Assembly (NCBI GenBank): GCA_046485285.1
Contig: JAWOHE010000068.1
Span: 1-27,161 of the forward strand
Length of the DNA stretch: 27,161 nucleotides
Reading direction: 5' to 3'
Source: a bacterium
GTDB taxonomy: Bacteria > Hydrothermota > Tepidihabitantia > Tepidihabitantales > Tepidihabitantaceae
Shown: piece after piece, positions 18,578-27,161 of the stretch
Numbering within the stretch: position 1 is the stretch's first letter
Layout of the letters: every line of letters begins with the position of its first letter
Translations under genes and position numbers: made by a program
The notes under the pieces: model-generated
Told to the model about the DNA's origin: nothing
What the model saw: the letters and a program-made list of their open reading frames with translations, nothing else
The model's database searches: none

Positions 18578-21500
18578 GGCGCAGGGCCGGGTTCGCGGCC
18601 CTGCTCCTGCTCGCCGGCGTATTGTCCAGCGCTGCGATGGCACAGGACGGCGGCGCCCGCTACCTCATCATCGCGGCCGACCAGTTCGTTGGAGCATGCC
18701 GGCCGCTGGCCGAGTGGAAGACCGCGAAGGGCATGCTGGCGCGCGTCGTCCCGGTGAGCGAGGCCGGCGGCGGCACGAACCCGGAGGCCATCCGCAACTA
18801 CATCCGCACCGCCTGGAGCACATGGCCGGTGCCGCCGGAGTACGTGCTCATCGCCGGGTCGCCCGACTACATCCGCGCGCCCTCGAACTACTACGATGGC
18901 CGGTACGGTGACCTTGCCGGCGACTACAAGATGGAGATACCGGTGGGTCGGCTCCCGGCGGCGAACGCCCGGGAGTGCACCCTGCTCGTCGCGAAGGTGC
19001 TGGCCTACGAGAAGCTGGCCGGGTCGGACACGAGCTGGCTCGCCCGGGGAGCGACCGTGGTCCGCGAGGACAACGACCCGGAGGACGACACAATTTACTG
19101 GAACGATGCCCGGACCTGCCACCGCTACTGGCAGAACGCCGGCTACGAGCTGGTTGACAGCCTGAGTCGCCTGCGCGGCCACACGAGCGCCAGCGTCAAC
19201 GCGGCGGCGGCCGACGGCCGGGCGTTCCTTGCCTACCGCGGCCAGGGCGTCGGGAGCTGGTACTCGCCGTTCAACGCGGTGACACCCGGGACCTGGGGCA
19301 ACGGCCAACGGATGCCCGTGGTCATCGGCGCGACCTGTGCGACCGTGACGCTCGCGCCCGGGGAGACGATGTACGGTGACCAGTTCGTCCGGGCCGGGAC
19401 GGTCGCGGGCCTCGGCGGGGCAATCGCCTACTTCGGCACGACCCGTTCCGGGGTGGGCATCGCCCGGCCGCGTTCGAACTGCTTCCGGGGGTTCTTCGCC
19501 TCGTTCTACGCCAACAGCAACCCGCGGCTCGGCGATGCGACCCTCGAGGGACGGGCCTGGACGCTGTCAACCCAGGACCGCTACGAGGAGTGGAACCTGA
19601 TGGGCGACCCGGAACTCAACGTCTGGACCGCTCTGCCCCGGTCGGTCGAGGTCGTCTGCGACTCGACGATCGCCGCGGTGCCGCAGGAGTACCGGGTCAG
19701 GGTCAGGGCGGCCGGCCAGCCGGTCGCGGGCGCGGTGGTCTGCGCCTGGATGGACTCGGTCGTCTACGCGACCGAACTGACCGGCGCGGATGGCGAGGCG
19801 GTGCTCGACATCAACCCCGGCCACATCGGCACGATGCTCGTGACCGTCACCGGCCGCAACCTCCGGCCCTGGCAGGGCGAGTGCGCGGTCACGCCCGGGG
19901 GCGCGGCCTGGGTTATCGTCGCCGACCAGGTCATTGACGACTTCGCCGGCAACCGCGATGGCCGGCTCAACCCGGGCGAGCGATTCCGGCTCGAGGTCGC
20001 GCTCCGCAACGTCGGCGGCGCGCCGGCGAGCGAGGTGAGCGCCGTCCTGCGCAGTTCCGAGCCACCGCTGACTATCAACGACTCGACCGCGTCCTGGGGC
20101 ACGCTACGGCCCGAAGAGACCGGCTGGGCCTCGTTCGAACTGGCCCTCGACACCACGCCGGAGGACGGCCGGCTGCTCGACTGCCGGCTTGAGATCACCG
20201 ACACCGAGGGCGACACCTGGCAGCGGGGCATCCAACTGCTGGTCCGGGCCGGTCGGCTCGAGCCGGCCGAAGTCCTCCTGCTCGACTCGCCGCCGGGCGG
20301 CAACGCCAACGGGCGGCTCGGCGCGGGCGAGAGTGGCCGTCTCCGGGTACGGCTGCGCAACGCGGGCGGCGGCAGGCTCGATGCCTGCCGTGGCCGGTTG
20401 GCCGCGCTCGACACGAACTGCCTGGTGCTTGACTCGACGGCTTGGTACGGCTGGCTCAACCCGGGGGACACCGCGGAAGGACTGCACGACATGTTCGCGG
20501 TTGCGGCCGGCCCGGGGGTCGTGCCCAACGGCACGGTCCGGTTCCGGCTGCTGCTCGAAGCCGACGGCGGCAGCTACGGCTACTCGGCCGATGTCGAGTT
20601 CGACTTGCCGACCGAAGCCGTTTCCGGCGGGCCGACGGGACCGGACGCGTACGGCTACTGGTGTTACGACGACACCGACAGCGCCAGCGGCCGCGCGCCG
20701 GTCTATGCCTGGCAGGACATCCGGACGGTCGGAACCTGGATTGATTCGGTCTCGACCCGCGACGCGGCGACGGTTCACCGGCCCCTGCCCTTCGACTTCC
20801 GCTACTACGGCCGCGACTACAGCGAAATCTCGATATGCTCGAACGGCTTCCTCGCGCTCGGCCGGCAAAGCTACACCAATGGCAACAACGGGCCCCTGCC
20901 TGACACCGGCGGCGCGGCGGCGATGGTCAGCCCCTTCTGGGACGACCTCAACCCGAGCGAGCAGGGCTACGGCGACGCGCATCTCTGGCACGACACGGCC
21001 GGCCACCGCTTCATCGTCCAGTTCACGGAGTTTGCCCACTACGGCCAGCCCAACATCCGCGAGACCTTCCAGGTTGTCCTGCTCGACCCCGAGTTCCACC
21101 CAACCCCGACCGCCGACGGCGACGTCCTGATGATGTACGAACGGGTGCAGAACAACTCGAGCTGCACGGTCGGCATCGAAGACCACTCCGAGACCCGCGG
21201 CATCTGCTACCTGTACAACAACAGCTACGCGCCGGGCGCGAGCTGGCTTGCGGCCGGCCGGGCGTTGAGGTTCACGACCTTCCCGCCGATGTCGGCCGAG
21301 CGACCCTGGCTGGTCGCGGAACGGGTTCGCGTCACCGACTCGCTCGGCAACAACAACGGGCTGTTCGAGGCGGGCGAGACGCTGGCGGTGACGGTTCGCG
21401 TCCGCAACCGCGGACCGGCCGGCGCTACCGGCGCGGCGGTGACGCTCCGGTCGCTCGACCCGGACGCGACGGTTCTCGACTCGGCAACCGCGCTCGGGGA

Positions 21501-21960
21501 TATCCCGGCCGGGGGCGAGGCGGATGGCGCGGAGCCGATGACCTTCGCGGTCGCCGTCCTGCCCGGCGACTCGCTGCTGAATTTCGAGCTGCGCTTCAGC
21601 GCCGACGGCTACGGTTCGACCGGCTACTTCTCAGTCAGTCTTGATGCCGTCACCGGCCTGGCCGGCCGGTCCAATGCCGCGCCGCAGGCCGCGCGGTTCG
21701 AACAGGTTCGGCCCCAGCCCGCCCGCGGCCGGGTCACGGTCCAGTACTCGCTGGGGCGGGCGGGCGATGTCGAGCTCGTGCTGGTTGACGCCGCCGGTCG
21801 GCTCGTACGGACCGTCGACATCGGCCGTAAGCCGGCGGGTCGACAGCGAGCGGCCTTCGCGACTTCCGGCCTGTCAGCGGGAGTCTACTTCTGCCGGCTC
21901 CGGGTTCTCGATCCGGCCGGCGGGGGAACCGACACCCGGCGGGTGCAGGTCGTCCGCTAG
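18574..21960 (+). CDS. Peptidase C25 (gingipain-like) family protein 2 with Ig-like repeats and T9SS-type C-terminal domain
   Basis: ARYLIIAAD, EWKTAKG, PEYVLIAG, IPVGRLPA, MPVVIGATC, WNLMGDPEL; CTD VDAAGRLVR...LSAGVYFCRL. Confidence 0.9.
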   Translation: MRRRAGFAALLLLAGVLSSAAMAQDGGARYLIIAADQFVGACRPLAEWKTAKGMLARVVPVSEAGGGTNPEAIRNYIRTAWSTWPVPPEYVLIAGSPDYIRAPSNYYDGRYGDLAGDYKMEIPVGRLPAANARECTLLVAKVLAYEKLAGSDTSWLARGATVVREDNDPEDDTIYWNDARTCHRYWQNAGYELVDSLSRLRGHTSASVNAAAADGRAFLAYRGQGVGSWYSPFNAVTPGTWGNGQRMPVVIGATCATVTLAPGETMYGDQFVRAGTVAGLGGAIAYFGTTRSGVGIARPRSNCFRGFFASFYANSNPRLGDATLEGRAWTLSTQDRYEEWNLMGDPELNVWTALPRSVEVVCDSTIAAVPQEYRVRVRAAGQPVAGAVVCAWMDSVVYATELTGADGEAVLDINPGHIGTMLVTVTGRNLRPWQGECAVTPGGAAWVIVADQVIDDFAGNRDGRLNPGERFRLEVALRNVGGAPASEVSAVLRSSEPPLTINDSTASWGTLRPEETGWASFELALDTTPEDGRLLDCRLEITDTEGDTWQRGIQLLVRAGRLEPAEVLLLDSPPGGNANGRLGAGESGRLRVRLRNAGGGRLDACRGRLAALDTNCLVLDSTAWYGWLNPGDTAEGLHDMFAVAAGPGVVPNGTVRFRLLLEADGGSYGYSADVEFDLPTEAVSGGPTGPDAYGYWCYDDTDSASGRAPVYAWQDIRTVGTWIDSVSTRDAATVHRPLPFDFRYYGRDYSEISICSNGFLALGRQSYTNGNNGPLPDTGGAAAMVSPFWDDLNPSEQGYGDAHLWHDTAGHRFIVQFTEFAHYGQPNIRETFQVVLLDPEFHPTPTADGDVLMMYERVQNNSSCTVGIEDHSETRGICYLYNNSYAPGASWLAAGRALRFTTFPPMSAERPWLVAERVRVTDSLGNNNGLFEAGETLAVTVRVRNRGPAGATGAAVTLRSLDPDATVLDSATALGDIPAGGEADGAEPMTFAVAVLPGDSLLNFELRFSADGYGSTGYFSVSLDAVTGLAGRSNAAPQAARFEQVRPQPARGRVTVQYSLGRAGDVELVLVDAAGRLVRTVDIGRKPAGRQRAAFATSGLSAGVYFCRLRVLDPAGGGTDTRRVQVVR

Positions 21961-21974
21961 CCGGGCGCGCCCGG

Positions 21975-21977
<3 letters not shown>
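21958..21977. terminator. Perfect 20-bp palindrome between convergent genes (possible bidirectional terminator or processing hairpin)
   Basis: TAGCCGGGCG-CGCCCGGCTA includes both stop codons; no U-tract. Confidence 0.45.
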
Positions 21978-23213
<1,236 letters not shown>

Positions 23214-23219
23214 TGGGGG

Positions 23220-23819
23220 CTACCTGCGCTTGGCGATGACCTCGTCGATGAGGCCGTATTCCTTCGCCTCGTCCGCCGACATGAAGAAGTTGCGGTCGGA
23301 GTCGTGGTCGATGCGCTCGACCGGCTGACCGGTGTGCTTCGACATTATCTCGGCGAGCTGCTGTTTCAGCTTGAGGATTTCCTTGGCGTGGATGTCGATG
23401 TCGGTGGCCTGGCCGCTGATGCCGTAGGCCGCCGGCTGGTGGATCATCACCCGGGAGCGGGGCAGGGCAAACCGCTTGCCCGGCTCGCCGGCGCAGAGCA
23501 GCAGCGCGGCGATCGAGGCGGCCATCCCGACGCAGGTCGTCGCGACCTTGGCCTTGATGTACTGCATCGTGTCGTAGATGGCGAGGCCGTCGGACACGAC
23601 GCCGCCGGGCGAGTTGATGTAGAGATTGATGTCCTTTTCCGAGTCCTCGGCTTCGAGAAACAGGAGCTGGGCGACGACGAGGTTGGCGACGGTGTCGTCG
23701 ACCGGCGAGCCGAGGAAGATGATCCGTTCCTTGAGCAGCCGGGAATAAATGTCATAGGCGCGCTCGCCCCGGCCGGTGGTCTCGATGACCATTGGTATCA
23801 GCATCTTGTCCTCCTTCAT
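23220..23819 (-). CDS. clpP: ATP-dependent Clp protease proteolytic subunit ClpP
   Basis: [48 protein letters not shown]. The start may be the second Met (MLIPMV). Confidence 0.98.
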   Translation of the reverse strand: MKEDKMLIPMVIETTGRGERAYDIYSRLLKERIIFLGSPVDDTVANLVVAQLLFLEAEDSEKDINLYINSPGGVVSDGLAIYDTMQYIKAKVATTCVGMAASIAALLLCAGEPGKRFALPRSRVMIHQPAAYGISGQATDIDIHAKEILKLKQQLAEIMSKHTGQPVERIDHDSDRNFFMSADEAKEYGLIDEVIAKRR

Positions 23820-25081
23820 TGCGGGTCGCCGGACGAGGCCGGCTTGCCGTCTGCGCCGAGCAGGGTTCCGCGGACGTGAGCGTGTTCGAGCAGGAAGTCC
23901 ATCACCTTGTCCTTGAGGAGCTGGGTCCGGAACGGCGGGGTGTCGACCAGCGCGGCGATGTCCTCGACCGGGCGCTTGAGCCGCTCGGCGAGCGCCCGGG
24001 CCTGGGCCTGAATCTCGTCGTCGGTGACCTGGATGTCCTCCTTGCGGGCAATCGCCGCCGCGATTATCTCGAACCGCGCCCGGCGGGCCGCGACCTCGGT
24101 CAGCCGCTGCTGCGTTGCGGCTTCGTCAGGCAGGTCGTACTCCCGGCGCAGGCGGTCGACGTTGTACGCGACCCAGGATTGAGGCGGGTCGAACGGGCAG
24201 GCGGCGAGGAGCTGGTCGAAAATCTGGTTCCTGAGGTCGTTGGCGATGAGCCGGGCGCGGTCGGCCAGTATCGCGTCGTTGAGGTCCTTGCGGAGGTCAT
24301 CGAGCGAGTCGAAGCCAAGCGCGAGGGCCAGGTCCTCGTCAACCGGCGGGACGTTCTTTTCCTTGACCTCGCGGACCGCGAACCGGAAGCTGACCTGCCG
24401 ACCGGCAATCTCCTTGTCCGGGTGGTCGTCCGGCAGGCGGACCTCGACGACGCGTTCCTCGCCCGGACTCGCGCCGTCCAGCCCTTCGTTGACTTCCCGG
24501 AAGTTCATCGGGTCGCCGAGCTCGAGCATCAGGTTGGTCCGGGGCTTGGCGATCTCCTTCTCGCCGTCGAACGTCCGCCAGTCCACGACCAGGTACTTCC
24601 CTGCCGCTGCGGGGCCGGGCACGGAGCGGAACGTCGCGCAGCGGTCCTGCAGTTCCCGGAGTCGTCGCTCGAACTCGGCCTCGAAGCCGGACGGCTCGTG
24701 GCGTTCGACCGCCAGCCCCTTGTACTCCTTGAGCTCGAACTCGGGGAAGACCTCGACGCGGAGCCTGAACCGGATTGACTTGTCGGGCCTCAGTTCGAGG
24801 TCGAGCAGTTCGGGCTCGGCGGCGGGGCGCCAGCCCTGTTCCTCGAGTGCCGCGGCCGCGGTCTGCTCGACCAGTTCCCGGGCGGCCGACTGCTCAAGTG
24901 TCGGGCCGAGTCGCCGCTCAAGCACCGCGCGCGGAGCGCGGCCCTTGCGAAAGCCGGGCAACTCGGCGCGCGGGGCGTAGTCAGCAAGGTGGCGTTCGAG
25001 TTCGCTCCGCAGGCGCTCCGGTTCGATCTCAACCTCGAGCTCGCGCAACCAGTCATTCGGAGAACTGACCTTGATTTCCAA
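23816..25081 (-). CDS. tig: Trigger factor
   Basis: PGFRKGRAP ribosome-binding motif; tig-clpP-clpX synteny. TTG start at 25081 follows a GAGGAG RBS; the track's longer ORF runs through the tRNA. Confidence 0.93.
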   Translation of the reverse strand: MEIKVSSPNDWLRELEVEIEPERLRSELERHLADYAPRAELPGFRKGRAPRAVLERRLGPTLEQSAARELVEQTAAAALEEQGWRPAAEPELLDLELRPDKSIRFRLRVEVFPEFELKEYKGLAVERHEPSGFEAEFERRLRELQDRCATFRSVPGPAAAGKYLVVDWRTFDGEKEIAKPRTNLMLELGDPMNFREVNEGLDGASPGEERVVEVRLPDDHPDKEIAGRQVSFRFAVREVKEKNVPPVDEDLALALGFDSLDDLRKDLNDAILADRARLIANDLRNQIFDQLLAACPFDPPQSWVAYNVDRLRREYDLPDEAATQQRLTEVAARRARFEIIAAAIARKEDIQVTDDEIQAQARALAERLKRPVEDIAALVDTPPFRTQLLKDKVMDFLLEHAHVRGTLLGADGKPASSGDPQ

Positions 25082-25125
25082 AAAGACTCCTCTGCGATCA
25101 TCGGTTGTGTTGTGGTCGTCGGCAG

Positions 25126-25207
25126 TGCGAGGAGGGGGAGTCGAACCCCCATCCCTCACGGGACCGGATCCTAAGTCCGGCGCGTCTGCCAGTTCCGCCA
25201 TCCTCGC
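25126..25207 (-). tRNA. tRNA-Leu(TAG)
   Basis: GCGAGGA/TCCTCGC acceptor stem, anticodon arm CCGGA-CTTAGGA-TCCGG, variable arm, GGTTCGACTCC, discriminator A. No encoded CCA. Confidence 0.97.
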
Positions 25208-25217
25208 AATCGCGCAC

Positions 25218-25246
25218 AGTATACGTCGGGCGGCGAGGCAAGTCAA
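25218..25246 (-). promoter_or_regulatory. Sigma70-type promoter of tRNA-Leu-tig-clpP-clpX
   Basis: Minus strand TTGACT-N17-TATACT, 10 nt upstream of the tRNA. Confidence 0.8.
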
Positions 25247-25400
25247 CGCAGCCGGAGCCGACGCGCGCACGCCGGGCGAAGGCGTCGTGACCGCCTGAGC
25301 TACCTGCGCACCGGGAGTTCAGTAGTCAAGTGCGACACTCGGGAGGCAGAGTGTGAGTTGCCAGTGAATCACACTACATCCCCACTACCGCGGACAGCTG

Positions 25401-26120
25401 CTACTCCTGGCGAGCCTCTCGCTTCAGTAACCGGTCCTGATACTCCCTTATCATCTCGAGATTCGGGTCGGTCCACCCGAAGGCCTTGAACAGATGGACG
25501 GTGGCAGCAAAAGACTCTCTGGGGGACGACGTCAGCAACTCCGCTGGTGTGTAGTTGCGCACGCCGAGATTCACCTGGCTCTGCTGTGACTGGTAGGCAC
25601 CCGTCAATGGCATGCGCTGTTGGTCGCGTAGCCAGAGTGAGCGATGAGCGGTTCCGTGCAGGCTCACGGCGATTGACAACCCATCAGTGTAGACACCGGA
25701 CCGGTCGCGTGCGAGTCGCGCGGCGAACTCGAACACCTCGGTCAGTCTATACACTGCCCCTTCGATGCTCAGGTGGTCGCCGGGCTTGAAGCCGAACAGG
25801 TTTTGCTGGGTAGCGTGCCAGTCTTCCCAGAGAGCGACATAGTGGATGAATTGCCCGCTCTGGTACATTCGCCATAGTTCCTTGAAAGGCACCCAGTCAC
25901 TCCTGCCCTCGCAGAACGTCTTTCCCAACTCCAATTCAGCATCCGTGTCTTGCTTACGCGGGTAGTGTGGGTAGTCCGTCCCGCGCAGTTCAAGTACGTT
26001 CCGCTCGACCACTTCGCGGCAGGCCTCCGACGAATCGAGCCTGTGCGAAGCGGAGAGGGGCCGGAAGTTCACGCGCCAATGCCCGCGCGACTTGATGATG
26101 GGCAAGACTTCGGGAATCAC
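25401..26120 (-). CDS. Hypothetical protein coupled to the AlbA_2/Schlafen gene
   Basis: 239-aa globular-looking ORF (GHWRV..RP, LRG.DYPH, ELWRMYQSGQF) in lower-GC DNA; GTGA overlap with the upstream stop. Confidence 0.8.
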   Translation of the reverse strand: MIPEVLPIIKSRGHWRVNFRPLSASHRLDSSEACREVVERNVLELRGTDYPHYPRKQDTDAELELGKTFCEGRSDWVPFKELWRMYQSGQFIHYVALWEDWHATQQNLFGFKPGDHLSIEGAVYRLTEVFEFAARLARDRSGVYTDGLSIAVSLHGTAHRSLWLRDQQRMPLTGAYQSQQSQVNLGVRNYTPAELLTSSPRESFAATVHLFKAFGWTDPNLEMIREYQDRLLKREARQE

Positions 26121-26686
26121 ATGCCCTCCAGTTCGTCGTCCAGTTGCTGCTCGAGAGTGGGCAGGGTGGCAAGTCCGAGACCATGAAGACGCCGCATGAG
26201 TTGTACCGCGGCGCGCTCGATTATGTCCCGCATGTCGTGCGAGTTGGACACCGGGGCGCTCTCTACGCGGCGGTTTCTGTTTCTGTAGTAGACCTTGCCG
26301 GCGTTAGTATCCTTGGTGTCTTTGCGGCATATCACCGGTATCTCGCCGAAAGGTTGGACTTCGATGACTACGTAGAGCAGCTCGGACCTGTCCTTGACTC
26401 TATGCAGGACGAAGTCCACGTGTGGGTCCGCATATGCAGACATGTCGTCCCTCATCTGGTCCAGGGCGTAGCTGTCGGAATCTACTTGAGACACACCCCG
26501 CCGCTCGTGGCTACCGTCATCCCGCTCCTCCACACCGATGATGATATATCCGCCGTCCTGGACATTCGACAGGGCCAGGATGTCCTTCGCGAAACTAGCA
26601 GCAACCCAGGGACAGGAGGCCTTGAAGTCTACCCGCTGCGTCTCCACGGCAGCCTCAAGCAACTGTTCCAGCTTCTTTGTGGTCAT
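26117..26686 (-). CDS. Stand-alone Schlafen / AlbA_2-domain protein (putative RNase)
   Basis: ETQRVDFK, KDILALSN..DGGYIIIGV, VVIEV.P and YYR motifs typical of AlbA_2. Confidence 0.88.
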   Translation of the reverse strand: MTTKKLEQLLEAAVETQRVDFKASCPWVAASFAKDILALSNVQDGGYIIIGVEERDDGSHERRGVSQVDSDSYALDQMRDDMSAYADPHVDFVLHRVKDRSELLYVVIEVQPFGEIPVICRKDTKDTNAGKVYYRNRNRRVESAPVSNSHDMRDIIERAAVQLMRRLHGLGLATLPTLEQQLDDELEGM

Positions 26687-26821
26687 ACTGCTTTCTTCAC
26701 TTCCGCCTCTCTGCCTGTCAACCTCGGCAGCAGACGGTCGAGTTTCGGAGAAGTCTCGTGCACATCATACCGGATTCCTGACCGCGACGCACTTTGGTTT
26801 GTGGTCTGCGCTCACCCGCCG

Positions 26822-26850
26822 ATTGTGCCGGTTGTCAAGCACGTTGTCAA
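26822..26850 (-). promoter_or_regulatory. Possible promoter for the Schlafen pair, containing an 11-bp direct repeat
   Basis: Minus strand TTGACA-N17-CACAAT; GTTGTCAAGCA repeated at 26831-26841 and 26843-26853. Confidence 0.4.
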
Positions 26851-27077
26851 GCATCCCGGGCAGAGGAGAGGCCGGGCAGGGGCGCGGAGCGGGCGAGGGG
26901 GTACCGGCGTCCGTCGGCATCCATCGGCGGCTTTGAGCTCCGGCATCACCCTTCTCCTGCGCCGTTCGCCAAGTTGCGTGCCATAATGTCTGCAAATTGG
27001 CAAAGAGAGAGTGGCCATTGAGCCGTGCCGCATTCCGATGAGAATGTGGCGTCAGTTATGATCGAAAGGAGGCTCGA

Positions 27078-27161
27078 ATGGCCACAAGAAGAATGACCGA
27101 TAGTAACACAGCCGAGGCGCCCGGACAAGGGTTTCTACTGGATGACCCGGAAGTGCTCAAG
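27078..27161 (+). CDS. 5' end of an unidentified gene (runs off window)
   Basis: Strong AAGGAGG RBS (27066-27072), ATG at 27078, open to the end: MATRRMTDSNTAEAPGQGFLLDDPEVLK. Confidence 0.6.
   Translation, partial: MATRRMTDSNTAEAPGQGFLLDDPEVLK

Noticed and set aside
25126-25207. tRNA-Leu as integration site for, or functional partner of, the Schlafen module
   Set aside because: The lower-GC DNA lies on the tRNA's 5' side, no duplicated 3' end is visible, and tRNA-Leu upstream of tig is a common housekeeping arrangement.
25082-25270. N-terminal extension of trigger factor
   Set aside because: It runs through tRNA-Leu and its promoter; an RBS plus TTG at 25081 gives a normal-length protein.
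26968-26983. Sigma-54 promoter on the minus strand (TGGCAC-N5-TTGG)
   Set aside because: The -12 element reads GG rather than the near-invariant GC.

Overview
GC-rich bacterial chromosome segment. Several secreted proteins carry T9SS/FlgD-Ig-like C-terminal sorting domains, which suggests an FCB-related diderm such as candidate division WOR-3 (inference). From left to right: the 3' end of a secreted beta-propeller gene; a non-coding accessory patch (18x12-bp minisatellite, then a leaderless XRE-HTH pseudogene interrupted by 3x27-bp palindromic units, then a REP-like element); a peptidoglycan-remodelling trio (M15 peptidase, L,D-transpeptidase, and an L,D-transpeptidase paralogue lacking the catalytic Cys); tRNA-Ser(GGA) followed by repeats of its own 3' end; an aldo/keto reductase; and copA. 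Next comes a tightly coupled ~13.8-kb, 9-gene operon in which pgsB-pgsC-pgsW (poly-gamma-glutamate synthesis) is joined to a secreted protein, a probable outer-membrane beta-barrel, an LVIVD lipoprotein, two gingipain/C25-family proteins whose catalytic His is replaced, and a YCF48-like propeller. On the minus strand follow tRNA-Leu(TAG)-tig-clpP-clpX and a lower-GC patch with a two-gene Schlafen/AlbA_2 module. The best candidate for an undescribed system is the pgsBCW + beta-barrel + atypical C25 operon, possibly a diderm polyglutamate export and surface-anchoring machine. All family assignments come from motif recognition by eye; no searches were run.
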